A stretch of DNA of 64,000 nt, taken from a bacterium. Its GTDB lineage: Bacteria; Hydrothermota; Tepidihabitantia; Tepidihabitantales; Tepidihabitantaceae. The notes under the pieces are model-generated. The model was not told where the DNA came from. It searched no databases and saw nothing but the letters and a program-made list of their open reading frames with translations. The position numbers and the translations under genes were made by a program. This document shows, one piece after another, positions 1-8,728 of the stretch. Location: positions 2,897 through 66,896 of the forward strand of contig JBAMLV010000022.1 in NCBI GenBank assembly GCA_039793395.1. Direction: 5' to 3'. The stretch's first letter is position 1, and each line of letters starts with the position of its first letter.

Positions 1-288
1 CGAATGTGCGAACTGCTGAGCAGCCTGCGCACCCCGGCTTTTATCGAGCGGGTGGCGGTGCACAACCCGAAACAGGTGATAAATGCCCATCGGGTGCTGA
101 AGCAGGCGTTCAGCTATCAGCGGGATAATATCTGCTTTACCTTTGTGGAGTTTCTATCAACCTGTCCGACGAACTGGGGAATGTCGCCGATTCAGGCGAC
201 GAAGTGGCTGGAAGAGAATATGCTGCCCTATTATCCAGTAAAGAATTTCAAATTACCGGAAATCGGGGAGGCGTCGAATGCAGGTTGA
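1..288 (+). CDS. 2-oxoacid:ferredoxin oxidoreductase beta (TPP-binding) subunit, C-terminal fragment; the 5' end lies outside the window
   Basis: The frame is open from base 1. The tail FVEFLSTCPTNWGMSP...WLEENMLPYYP looks like KorB/OorB-type beta subunit C-termini. It overlaps the following gamma-subunit gene by 11 nt. Confidence 0.7.
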   Translation, partial: RMCELLSSLRTPAFIERVAVHNPKQVINAHRVLKQAFSYQRDNICFTFVEFLSTCPTNWGMSPIQATKWLEENMLPYYPVKNFKLPEIGEASNAG

Positions 289-832
289 GACGGTATTTGC
301 TGGTTTTGGCGGTCAGGGGGTGATGCTTGCGGGCAGATTGCTTGCTGAAGTGGGAATGAAGCTGGGGAAAGAGGTGGTGTGGCTCCCTTCCTACGGTCCA
401 GAGATGCGGGGTGGGACTGCTAACTGCGTGGTTATTATCGCCGACGAGCCGATTGCCTCGCCAATTGTCGCTCATCCCCGGGATGCGGTCGTAATGAACC
501 GCCCTTCGCTGGAAAAATTCTGTCCGGCACTGAAACCGGGTGGATTTGCTATTGTCAACAGTTCGCTGATCAAGATTCGGCCGGAACGGAATGATATCCG
601 GATTGTTGAGGTTCCGGCGAACGAAATTGCCATTGAAGCGGGTGGCGCCCGGGCAGCAAATATGGTAATGCTTGGCGCCTATGTGGGAGCCACTGCTATT
701 GTTCCGGTGGAGGCGGTGTTTGAACAGCTGAAGGAAGAGTTTGCCGCCAAGGCAAAGCTGATTCCGGTCAATTTGAAGTGTGTTGAGCTGGGGTATAAAG
801 TTGGAAAAGAGGCTTTAACCGCTTCCGGCTGA
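278..832 (+). CDS. 2-oxoacid:ferredoxin oxidoreductase gamma subunit
   Basis: 184 aa. FAGFGGQGVMLAGRLLA and SYGPEMRGG motifs are typical of POR/KOR gamma subunits. It is coupled to the upstream beta-subunit gene. Confidence 0.8.
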   Translation: MQVETVFAGFGGQGVMLAGRLLAEVGMKLGKEVVWLPSYGPEMRGGTANCVVIIADEPIASPIVAHPRDAVVMNRPSLEKFCPALKPGGFAIVNSSLIKIRPERNDIRIVEVPANEIAIEAGGARAANMVMLGAYVGATAIVPVEAVFEQLKEEFAAKAKLIPVNLKCVELGYKVGKEALTASG

Positions 833-967
833 TTAACTTTTTTTCGCAAGCCCTGCAATTTTATGTTTCCAAAACCATAGCCGAGAAACAGTGGGAAAAC
901 ACACCCTGCCAGCAACATGAGCCAACAAATCAGCAGGTAATCATTTATAAAATATAAACTGAATAGT

Positions 968-1010
968 TAAGTTATTATTTATTAATAGGTTGCTTAATAA
1001 GTTATTATTT
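968..1010. repeat. 13-bp direct repeat TAAGTTATTATTT, two copies (968-980 and 998-1010), inside an AT-rich island
   Basis: Read directly from the sequence. The copies are 30 bp apart and lie just upstream of the putative dcw -35 element, in a stretch much more AT-rich than the coding DNA. Confidence 0.8.
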
Positions 1011-1031
1011 TTTTATTTTATTATTTTTTCC

Positions 1032-1059
1032 TTGACAACAATAAAAGTGGGGATATAGT
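1032..1059 (+). promoter_or_regulatory. Putative sigma70-type promoter of the dcw cluster (TTGACA-N16-TATAGT)
   Basis: TTGACA at 1032-1037 and TATAGT at 1054-1059. A second -10-like TATAAT at 1081-1086 lacks a convincing -35. Confidence 0.5.
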
Positions 1060-1089
1060 AATTCATAGAATGATATTGTGTATAATTAT

Positions 1090-1120
1090 GTGGAAATGTG
1101 TGGAAAAATTGGGATGGTGG
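1090..1120 (+). promoter_or_regulatory. Putative MraZ operator: GTGG/GTGG/TGGG direct repeats with 10-bp periodicity
   Basis: GTGG at 1090, GTGG at 1100 and TGGG at 1110, plus GTGG at 1117, lie between the promoter and the mraZ ATG (1124). This matches the known MraZ operator logic of TGGGN/GTGG repeats at 10-bp spacing. Confidence 0.55.
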
Positions 1121-1123
1121 TAA

Positions 1124-1621
1124 ATGGCTGGGTTGGGGAGATTTATAGGTGAGTTTGAGTACACTATTGACGGAAAGGGCAGGCTCGCGGTCCCCGTGGA
1201 GTTCCGAAAGAAGCTCGGTCCGGATGAGAATCGTTTTATATTTCTACCCGGACGGTTTCAAACAATAGAAGTCCACCCCTACACAGAATGGAATGACTAC
1301 GAGGACCGCGTCCTGCGCCATCTGCCCGAGCATACTGAAGAGGCGCAGCGTTTTTTTATTCTGCTTTATTCTCAGGCAGGCGAAGCAAGCCTTGATGTTC
1401 AGGGCCGGGTGCTGCTGCCTAAACATCTGCGAGAATGGGCAGGAATAAAAAATAATGTGGTGATTAGCGGGGCCGGGAAATTTTTTCTGATCTGGGAGCC
1501 TGAGCGCTACCGGAAATTTGTTGCCGAGTCAATGCTGAACTATCAGCGTGACCGGAACGAAGCCGGACGGCAGGCATGGGAAATGATGCTGCGGTTTCGG
1601 GGTAATGGCCGGGAAGTTTGA
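1124..1621 (+). CDS. mraZ: Transcriptional regulator MraZ
   Basis: 165 aa. The N-terminus FIGEFEYTIDGKGRLAVPVEFRKKLG and a second DVQGRVLLPKHLRE repeat give two SpoVT/AbrB-like halves. It is the first gene of the dcw cluster. Confidence 0.9.
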   Translation: MAGLGRFIGEFEYTIDGKGRLAVPVEFRKKLGPDENRFIFLPGRFQTIEVHPYTEWNDYEDRVLRHLPEHTEEAQRFFILLYSQAGEASLDVQGRVLLPKHLREWAGIKNNVVISGAGKFFLIWEPERYRKFVAESMLNYQRDRNEAGRQAWEMMLRFRGNGREV

Positions 1622-2564
1622 ACATGTGCCGGTACTCGTTAATGAGGTGGTAGAGGTTTTAAAGCCATGCCTGAGTGTCGGGACAATTATAGATGCGACG
1701 GTTGGCGGCGGTGGTCATCTGGCAGCACTGGCGCAGGAGCTGATAAAGTTTGTTCCTGAAGGAAAGCGGTGTTGCCGACTGCTTGGAATTGATGTTGACG
1801 CCGAAGCCATCGCGGCCGCGGGATCAAGATTAAGCAAATTCGGATGCCAGGTGCTACCGGCAACAGGTGCCGGGAGTTACCCGGGCAGCGGTTCTGAGTT
1901 ACCGATGATTGTGTTGATGAAAGCGAGTTATGTGAATATAAATGAAGTTGTAGAAAAACTGAGAATCAGTCAGGTGAGCGGAGTGCTGATGGACCTCGGG
2001 TTGTCATCATTTCAGTTGCAACCGGAACGGGGATTTTCGTTTGAACAGGAAGGACCATTAGATATGCGCTTTGACCGGCAGAGTTCCCGGCTAACCGCCC
2101 GGGAGTTGTTGCACCGGGCAAAAGAGGGGGAAATTTATACCTGGTTAAGGACTTACGGTGAGGAACCGTTGGCAAAAAGAATAAGCCGGCAGATTTATAA
2201 GTTGAGAGGTAAGATTGAGAGCACAAGGGAGCTGGTTCAGGCGATTGCGCAGGTGGTACCAAAACGGCGTTTAAAGAAGACGCTGGCACGGGTGTTTCAG
2301 GCGCTGCGGATTGTGGTTAATGACGAACTGACAAGTCTTAAAGTGGGGCTGAAGGCGGCAATTGAACTTTTAAGACCAAAGGGGCGACTGGTAGTTATCT
2401 GTTATCAGTCGGGTGAGGACCGGTGTTTTAAGGCGGTGGTGCGGGAGCATCGGGATTGTTTACGGACATTGACCAAAAAGCCGGTCTTTCCAGAAGTTGA
2501 GGAGGTCAGAAGAAATCCCCGGGCAAGGAGTGCCCGGCTGAGGGCAGTGGAGAAAGTTCTGTAG
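1605..2564 (+). CDS. rsmH: 16S rRNA (cytosine1402-N4)-methyltransferase RsmH
   Basis: Contains FEHVPVLVNEV, DATVGGGGH and the C-terminal NPRARSARLRAVEK motif. Synteny after mraZ; overlaps mraZ by 17 nt. Confidence 0.9.
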   Translation: MAGKFEHVPVLVNEVVEVLKPCLSVGTIIDATVGGGGHLAALAQELIKFVPEGKRCCRLLGIDVDAEAIAAAGSRLSKFGCQVLPATGAGSYPGSGSELPMIVLMKASYVNINEVVEKLRISQVSGVLMDLGLSSFQLQPERGFSFEQEGPLDMRFDRQSSRLTARELLHRAKEGEIYTWLRTYGEEPLAKRISRQIYKLRGKIESTRELVQAIAQVVPKRRLKKTLARVFQALRIVVNDELTSLKVGLKAAIELLRPKGRLVVICYQSGEDRCFKAVVREHRDCLRTLTKKPVFPEVEEVRRNPRARSARLRAVEKVL

Positions 2565-2576
2565 AGAGGAGGTCGG

Positions 2577-2921
2577 ATGAAGCCAAATGGTACTTTGAAG
2601 GCGGCACTGCTGCTCGTTATTTTTTCCGGTGGGGCGCTGGGGTATCTTTATCTGCACGCTGTTAGTATTCGGGTAACCAGGGAACTGGCAAAAGTTGATA
2701 CGGAACGGAAGCTGGCTGCGGAACGGGTAGATGTGCTGGGGGTGGAGTTGGAGAGGATGAAGGGGTTCTGCCGGCTGGAGTCGCTGTGGGTGGCGAGCCA
2801 GGAAAGGTTCGTTGCAGACCGACGCGGGGAACCGCCGGCGGAGACGGTTAGAACTCAGGCGGTGGTTTTAGGTAAACCGACCCAGGAGGCGGTCGCAATT
2901 AATTGCCGGTCCGGAAGATGA
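2577..2921 (+). CDS. ftsL: Cell division protein FtsL-like (bitopic, coiled-coil)
   Basis: 114 aa with one N-terminal TM helix (AALLLVIFSGGALGYLYL) followed by a charged coiled-coil-like segment. A GGAGG SD lies upstream. The position between rsmH and ftsI supports the call. Confidence 0.6.
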   Translation: MKPNGTLKAALLLVIFSGGALGYLYLHAVSIRVTRELAKVDTERKLAAERVDVLGVELERMKGFCRLESLWVASQERFVADRRGEPPAETVRTQAVVLGKPTQEAVAINCRSGR

Positions 2922-4666
2922 GATACCGGGGGAAAAGAGAACGAGGGCTACTCGCCGGAATATTTTTGGTCTGGACGGTTTTGTTTGGTAAACTCACCGC
3001 GGTGCAGATTGTCAAGTGGCGGTATTATCAAAATGAGGCGAAGCGGCTGCATTTTAAACGGGTGGAACTGCTGGGCGAACGGGGCCGGATTTATGACCGG
3101 AAGGGACGGGCACTGGCGCTGAATCGGCTGTGCTGTTCAATTCAGATTCTGCCGAATTATGTGCGGGATAAGGATACACTGGCTGAGATTCTGGCAGGTT
3201 TTGGACTCGGTTCGGTGGCAGAAAACCGGGCACTGCTAAGCCAGGAAAAGCGATTCTTCTGGTTTCGGCGGTTTGTTGATTTTGAAGTTGGCGATTCCCT
3301 GCGAAAGGTGTTGACCCGGCGTCGGTTTATCAATGCTGTGCTCGTTCAAGATGCATACCAGCGGATTTATCCTTTCGGGGAGGTGTGTGCCGATGTGGTC
3401 GGATTTGTTGGCACCGAGCGAGGGCTGGCCGGAATTGAGTGGGAGTTTGATTCGGTGCTGCGTGGTGCGCCGGGCTGGATTATGTTGCAGAAAGATGCGC
3501 TGGGCTGGACCCATCCATCCCCTAATTTGCCAATGAAGAAACCAGTCCCCGGTGCCGATATCTATCTGACGATTGATGCCGAGGTGCAACAGATATGTTT
3601 CGAGGCTTTGAGACGGGGGGTAGAGGAATCGGGTGCGAAGCGGGGCTCGGTTATTGTGCTGGATGCTCAGAGCGGGGCAATTCTTGCGGGCGTGGATTTT
3701 CCGGGGTATGAGCCGGCGCGGTTCGCCAATTTTCCACCGGAGCGCTATAAGTGGGATGCCGTGGCGGATCAGTTTGAGCCCGGGTCAAGTTTTAAGATTG
3801 TTATCTGTGCGGCAGCACTGGAAGATTCAGCACCGGCGCGGTTTACTGAACGGGTTTACGATGTTTCCGCCGGGTTTATCCAGATCGGGAGCAAGAAGAT
3901 AAAGGATGTGCACCCGAATGGTGTGCTTTCCTTTGATAGTGTGTTTATTCAGTCTTCCAACCCGGCCTGTGCGTTGATGTCGTTTGAGGTTAATCCCGAG
4001 GTTTATTATGCGGTTGCCCGAAAGTTAGGATTTGCTGAGAAGGTGGGTATTGATTTTCCTAATGAGGGTAGCGGTCGGCTGGACCGCCCGCCACAGTTGA
4101 GAAACAGACTACGGTTTGCCACCATTTCGTTCGGTCAAGGGGTGATGGTAACATTGCTGCAAATGGCGGCGGCTTATCTGTGTGTGGCGAATGGCGGTAA
4201 GTATCTCAAGCCTTATCTGCTGGCAGGAATCGTGGAGCGGGGTCAGAGTGGGATGATTAATGAGGTGAGTTTGAACCGGAGAACTGAGGTTCGGCAGGCA
4301 TTGAGCGCCAAGACCGCGGCAAGGATGAGGGATATCCTGGAGCGGGTGGTGTGTAACGGAACCGGTAAGCTGGCAGCGATTGATGGGGTGAGCGTATGTG
4401 GTAAGACGGGAACTGCACAGAAGGTGGACCCGGACGGCGGATATTCAAGCACGCGTTCGCTGATGAGTTTTGTCGGATTTTTCCCGAAGGAACGACCTCG
4501 TTATCTTATTGCCGTTATGCTGGATGAGCCTACGCGGTACCGGTTTGCAGGCAGCACAGCGTGTCCGGTTTTTCGCGAGATTGGAGAACGGTTGCTAAGC
4601 CTGGATGAGGTGAGAGCACAGGAGCAGGAGTTAGCCACAGTTAAGTGCCGGGTGATGGGGAAGTAA
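2918..4666 (+). CDS. ftsI: Peptidoglycan D,D-transpeptidase FtsI (class B PBP)
   Basis: SxxK (GSSFK), SxN (SSN) and KTG (KTGT) motifs plus an N-terminal TM helix. I prefer ATG 2918 (ATGA overlap with the ftsL stop) to the ORF-track TTG at 2903. Confidence 0.85.
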   Translation: MRYRGKRERGLLAGIFLVWTVLFGKLTAVQIVKWRYYQNEAKRLHFKRVELLGERGRIYDRKGRALALNRLCCSIQILPNYVRDKDTLAEILAGFGLGSVAENRALLSQEKRFFWFRRFVDFEVGDSLRKVLTRRRFINAVLVQDAYQRIYPFGEVCADVVGFVGTERGLAGIEWEFDSVLRGAPGWIMLQKDALGWTHPSPNLPMKKPVPGADIYLTIDAEVQQICFEALRRGVEESGAKRGSVIVLDAQSGAILAGVDFPGYEPARFANFPPERYKWDAVADQFEPGSSFKIVICAAALEDSAPARFTERVYDVSAGFIQIGSKKIKDVHPNGVLSFDSVFIQSSNPACALMSFEVNPEVYYAVARKLGFAEKVGIDFPNEGSGRLDRPPQLRNRLRFATISFGQGVMVTLLQMAAAYLCVANGGKYLKPYLLAGIVERGQSGMINEVSLNRRTEVRQALSAKTAARMRDILERVVCNGTGKLAAIDGVSVCGKTGTAQKVDPDGGYSSTRSLMSFVGFFPKERPRYLIAVMLDEPTRYRFAGSTACPVFREIGERLLSLDEVRAQEQELATVKCRVMGK

Positions 4667-4673
4667 TTATGTT

Positions 4674-6242
4674 ATGTTTGAAGGTGAACGGGTAAAGTCG
4701 CTGGCCGAACTGATTACTGGCATTCCCTGTGAAGTTATGGCTGCCGGGATTGGTGGCCGGAGAGCGGGCCCAGGCGATATTAAAATCAAAGGGCTTGCCT
4801 ACCATTCAGCAAAGGTGAATCCCGGTTTTCTTTTTGTGGCAATTGAAGGAACAAAATTTTCTGGTAACGACTTTATAGATGAGGCAATAAATCGGGGAGC
4901 AGTGGTGGTTGCCACGAGCGACCCGCGGCGAGTGACCAAGAGCTGGGTAACGGTGGTTCAGACCCGGTTTCCCCGCCGGTTTCTTGCTCAGGTTGCCAAC
5001 AGGTTTTACGATTTTCCGGCGAGGAAATTGCAGTTAATCGGTGTAACCGGGACGAACGGGAAGACGACTACCTGTTATCTTACTCGCGCCGTTCTCCAGG
5101 AGCTGGGGCAGGAACCGGGTTTTATTGGCACAATTGAGTACTGGGATGGGGTGGAGCGAAGGGTTGCCGGTAATACCACGCCCGAAAGTCTGGATATGGT
5201 TCAGATGCTTTTCCGAATGGTGAATAACGGCGTCCGTGTGTGTGTGAGTGAAGTTTCTTCGCATGCGCTGGAACTGGACCGGGTTTTTGACCTTGATTTC
5301 CGGGTGGGAGTATTTACCAATCTTACTCAGGACCATCTTGATTTTCACCGGACGATGGAAAACTACCGTCGGGCAAAGATGAAACTGTTTCAGTCACTGA
5401 CGCCGGGTGCTTTCGCGGTAGCAAATTTTGACGACGCGGCCGGTGCGGGGATACCGGCGTTGACCAAGGCGAAGGTTATCGGTTTTGGTACGAAGCCAGA
5501 ACCGGAGCTAATTTTAGAACGGGAGCACAATGTGATTGACTACATCTGGGGCGAAGTAAAGCGGGTGAGCGAGGATGGGCTTGAATGTAATGTTTACATT
5601 AAAAGTGCCGGGGTTAAGCCGTTGCCGGTGCGGCTGAAACTGGCGGGCAGGCATAATCTGTTTAATCTGCTTGCGGTGTTCGGTATTGGCAGAGCATTGG
5701 GGTGGGATGAGGAATTAATACGCCGGGGGGTGGAAAGGCTGGATTCGGTTCCAGGACGGATGGAGCGGATTTGGAATGATAAAGGGCTGGGGGTTTATAT
5801 TGATTACGCTCATACGCCGGATGCGCTGAAGCGGGTGCTGGTAACGGTGCGCGAGTGGACGAAAGGAAGGGTGCTGGTTGTGTTTGGATGCGGCGGGGAT
5901 CGGGATCGTGGGAAACGGCCGCTGATGGGGAGTGTAGCGGCACAACTGGCCGATGTTGTTATCGTTACCTCTGATAATCCGAGAAGTGAGGAGCCGGTGA
6001 AAATTATAGAGGAAATTCTTTCGGGGATCGAACCGGCGGTGCGGCAGAATAAGAATCGCTGTATGGTGGAGATTGATCGGAGGGAGGCAATCAGGCAAGC
6101 GCTGATTCAAGCCCGACCCGGGGATACGGTTGTAATTGCGGGTAAGGGCCATGAGGACTACCAGATTGTTGGCAGCGAACGGTATCATTTTGACGACCGG
6201 GAAGTGGCGTGGGAGTTACTGCGTGCTACTCAGGAGTTGTGA
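4674..6242 (+). CDS. murE: UDP-MurNAc-L-Ala-D-Glu:meso-diaminopimelate ligase MurE
   Basis: P-loop GVTGTNGKTTT and a DNPR motif (TSDNPRSEEP), which is associated with meso-DAP specificity. Mur ligase length and synteny fit. Confidence 0.9.
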   Translation: MFEGERVKSLAELITGIPCEVMAAGIGGRRAGPGDIKIKGLAYHSAKVNPGFLFVAIEGTKFSGNDFIDEAINRGAVVVATSDPRRVTKSWVTVVQTRFPRRFLAQVANRFYDFPARKLQLIGVTGTNGKTTTCYLTRAVLQELGQEPGFIGTIEYWDGVERRVAGNTTPESLDMVQMLFRMVNNGVRVCVSEVSSHALELDRVFDLDFRVGVFTNLTQDHLDFHRTMENYRRAKMKLFQSLTPGAFAVANFDDAAGAGIPALTKAKVIGFGTKPEPELILEREHNVIDYIWGEVKRVSEDGLECNVYIKSAGVKPLPVRLKLAGRHNLFNLLAVFGIGRALGWDEELIRRGVERLDSVPGRMERIWNDKGLGVYIDYAHTPDALKRVLVTVREWTKGRVLVVFGCGGDRDRGKRPLMGSVAAQLADVVIVTSDNPRSEEPVKIIEEILSGIEPAVRQNKNRCMVEIDRREAIRQALIQARPGDTVVIAGKGHEDYQIVGSERYHFDDREVAWELLRATQEL

Positions 6243-7330
6243 TGCTGAACTATTTTTTAACTCCACTTGCCCGGTATTTCTGGCCGTTTAACCTTTTCCG
6301 GTACATCACCTTCCGTGCGGCGATGGCTGGCGTAGTGGCAATTGTGCTCACGCTTTTGGTGGGTGGGCCGCTGATCCGGCTGTTGAAAAGACTGCAAATT
6401 GGTCAGCACATCCGGGATGAGGTTCCAGAAAGACACCGTCAGAAAGCAGGGACACCGACTATGGGTGGGGCGTTAATTTTGATTTCGGCGATAATCGGGA
6501 TAGTGCTTTTTGGTGACTTAACGAATCAGGCGGTGCTTTTAGGACTGGCGGTGCTGGTGCTGCTGGGAATATTGGGATTCTGGGACGATTATGTAAAGGT
6601 ACGCGGCGGCAGGCCCCGGGGGATTAATAAGCGGACGAAACTGGCTTTTCAGTTGTTGGTTGCCGGTGGGGTGGGGGCGGTACTATACTTTCTGCCGACG
6701 GACCCCGCTCTTAAGAGCAAAACCAATTTTCTGCTTTTTAAAAATATTATTGTCGACTTTGGTGTTCTTTATATTCCAATGGTGATGTTTGTGCTGGTCG
6801 GTTCGTCCAATGCGGTGAACCTAAGCGACGGTCTTGACGGTCTGGCACCTGGACTGCTGGCAGTGGCGTTGGCAAGTTACACCGCACTTTGTTATGTGGC
6901 TGGCAATTTCAAAATTGCCCGTTATCTTAATATTCAGTATGTTCCAGTAGCCGGGGAAATGGCAGTTTTATGTTTAGCGTTGACTGGTGCCTGTCTCGGT
7001 TTTTTGTGGTTTAACTCCTACCCAGCAGAAATTTTTATGGGCGATACCGGTTCGCTGCCGCTGGGAGGAGCGCTGGGGCTGGCAGCAATTGTTTCCAAGC
7101 ATGAGCTGCTCCTGCCCATCATCGGCGGCGTTTTTATCCTTGAGGCGGGCTCAGTGCTGTTGCAGGTCTTATATTTTCATTCGACTGGTGGCAGGCGAAT
7201 CTTCAGGATGGCTCCATTACACCATCATTACGAACTGAAAGGGTGGGCCGAACCGAAGATTGTTACTCGGTTTATGATTATTGCGGTGCTGTGTGGGATG
7301 GTGGCTTTGGCAACGCTTAAGGTGCGATAA
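6242..7330 (+). CDS. mraY: Phospho-MurNAc-pentapeptide translocase MraY
   Basis: NAVNLSDGLDGLA and GTPTMGG motifs; polytopic membrane protein. ATG 6242 overlaps the murE TGA (TGATG); the ORF-track start at 6209 is probably an upstream extension. Confidence 0.9.
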   Translation: MLNYFLTPLARYFWPFNLFRYITFRAAMAGVVAIVLTLLVGGPLIRLLKRLQIGQHIRDEVPERHRQKAGTPTMGGALILISAIIGIVLFGDLTNQAVLLGLAVLVLLGILGFWDDYVKVRGGRPRGINKRTKLAFQLLVAGGVGAVLYFLPTDPALKSKTNFLLFKNIIVDFGVLYIPMVMFVLVGSSNAVNLSDGLDGLAPGLLAVALASYTALCYVAGNFKIARYLNIQYVPVAGEMAVLCLALTGACLGFLWFNSYPAEIFMGDTGSLPLGGALGLAAIVSKHELLLPIIGGVFILEAGSVLLQVLYFHSTGGRRIFRMAPLHHHYELKGWAEPKIVTRFMIIAVLCGMVALATLKVR

Positions 7331-8728
7331 ATGCTAACTTCATTCAAGGAGCAGGTTCAGAGCCGATGGTTTGTGATTTTAGGTCTTGGGCGTGCTGGCC
7401 AGACACTCAGCCGGGCACTTTTGAAAGCGGGGGCAAAGGTGGCGGCATACGAAGAGGATGAGCGGGTGTGGAATTTGCTGGCGGTCCGGATGCTGGTTAA
7501 AAGCGGTTTGATACGGCTGCGAAAATTGGGCAGTCGGGTGGTGAGTGTGAAGCCGGCGGTAATTGCCAGTCCCGGGTTCAGTGCTGAGCATCCGGCGGTG
7601 CGTTTTTTTATGGGAAAAGGCATTTCGGTCCAGGATGAACTTGATTTTGCCACTCAGTTTCTAAAAGGAGAAGTGATTGCAGTTACCGGAACAAATGGAA
7701 AGTCAACAACGGTAACAATGATTGGCGAGATTCTGCGGCAGGCGGGTAAGAAGGTCTTCGTGGGAGGGAATCTGGCTCCAGGGAAACCGCTTTCAAGTGC
7801 TCTTAATGCCGGGGGAAAAGATTTTTATGTGGTTGAGGTTTCCAGTTTTCAGCTGAGCCGTTCGGATTGGCTGGCACCCAAGGTGGCGGTGCTTCTGAAT
7901 GTCACTGCAGATCATCTGGACCGCCACCGGTCTTTTGCCGATTATGCGCGGTGTAAGGCGAGGATTTTTGAGCGTCAAAAACCAGATGACTGGGCGGTGT
8001 TGAATTATGACGATCCGGTGGTCAGGGAGTTGGCAGGAGCGGTGCGAGCAAGAAGGCTGTTCTTTTCGCTGCAGCGGCGGGCAGACAGTTATCTTTTTCG
8101 TAAATGGGTTTATTTTCAGGGTAAACGGATGGTACCGGTGGACATGATAATCGAGCGGATGACCGGCAGGGGCCTTCCGGCAGCCAGACTTTTTAGACTT
8201 GAGCATCTGCCGGTGGTGGAGAATGCGGTTGCAGCTGTGAGCGTAGCCGGGGCGCTGGGTGTGGAATCTCAAGCCGTGCACGCAGGGTTAAGATGCTGGC
8301 AGCCACTGAAACACCGGCTGGAGTTTGTCCGGGCCATAAACGGTATTTACTTTTTTAATAACTCAATGTGCACAAATCCCCAGGCGGGGATCAGGTCATT
8401 GCGGGCGTGGCGGAACAAGGTGGTGCTGATTGCCGGGGGAAAGGAGAAGGATGCCGATCCGGCGGAATTCGTCAAGGCGATGAGTGAAAGGGCAAAATGG
8501 GTGGTGCTTTTAGGGGAAAACAGTGAGCGGCTTGCTGCCGGATTGAGCCGGCTAAGCTTCCATCAGTATGAGATTGCCTACACAATGAAGGACGCGGTGT
8601 TCAAGGCATTCCGACAGGCAACACCCGGTGATGTAGTGCTGCTCTCACCCGGTTTTGCTTCATTTGATCTTTTTCGTAACTTTCAGGCACGCGGGAGGGC
8701 ATTTAAGAATGCGGTCTGGAGTTTATAA
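7331..8728 (+). CDS. murD: UDP-MurNAc-L-Ala:D-Glu ligase MurD
   Basis: The P-loop VTGTNGKSTT and Mur ligase architecture. The ATG directly follows the mraY stop codon. Confidence 0.9.
   Translation: MLTSFKEQVQSRWFVILGLGRAGQTLSRALLKAGAKVAAYEEDERVWNLLAVRMLVKSGLIRLRKLGSRVVSVKPAVIASPGFSAEHPAVRFFMGKGISVQDELDFATQFLKGEVIAVTGTNGKSTTVTMIGEILRQAGKKVFVGGNLAPGKPLSSALNAGGKDFYVVEVSSFQLSRSDWLAPKVAVLLNVTADHLDRHRSFADYARCKARIFERQKPDDWAVLNYDDPVVRELAGAVRARRLFFSLQRRADSYLFRKWVYFQGKRMVPVDMIIERMTGRGLPAARLFRLEHLPVVENAVAAVSVAGALGVESQAVHAGLRCWQPLKHRLEFVRAINGIYFFNNSMCTNPQAGIRSLRAWRNKVVLIAGGKEKDADPAEFVKAMSERAKWVVLLGENSERLAAGLSRLSFHQYEIAYTMKDAVFKAFRQATPGDVVLLSPGFASFDLFRNFQARGRAFKNAVWSL

Noticed and set aside
679-918. A 79-aa minus-strand ORF spanning the korC 3' end and the intergenic region.
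   Set aside because: Most of it is antisense to the well-supported gamma-subunit gene, and it has no start context.
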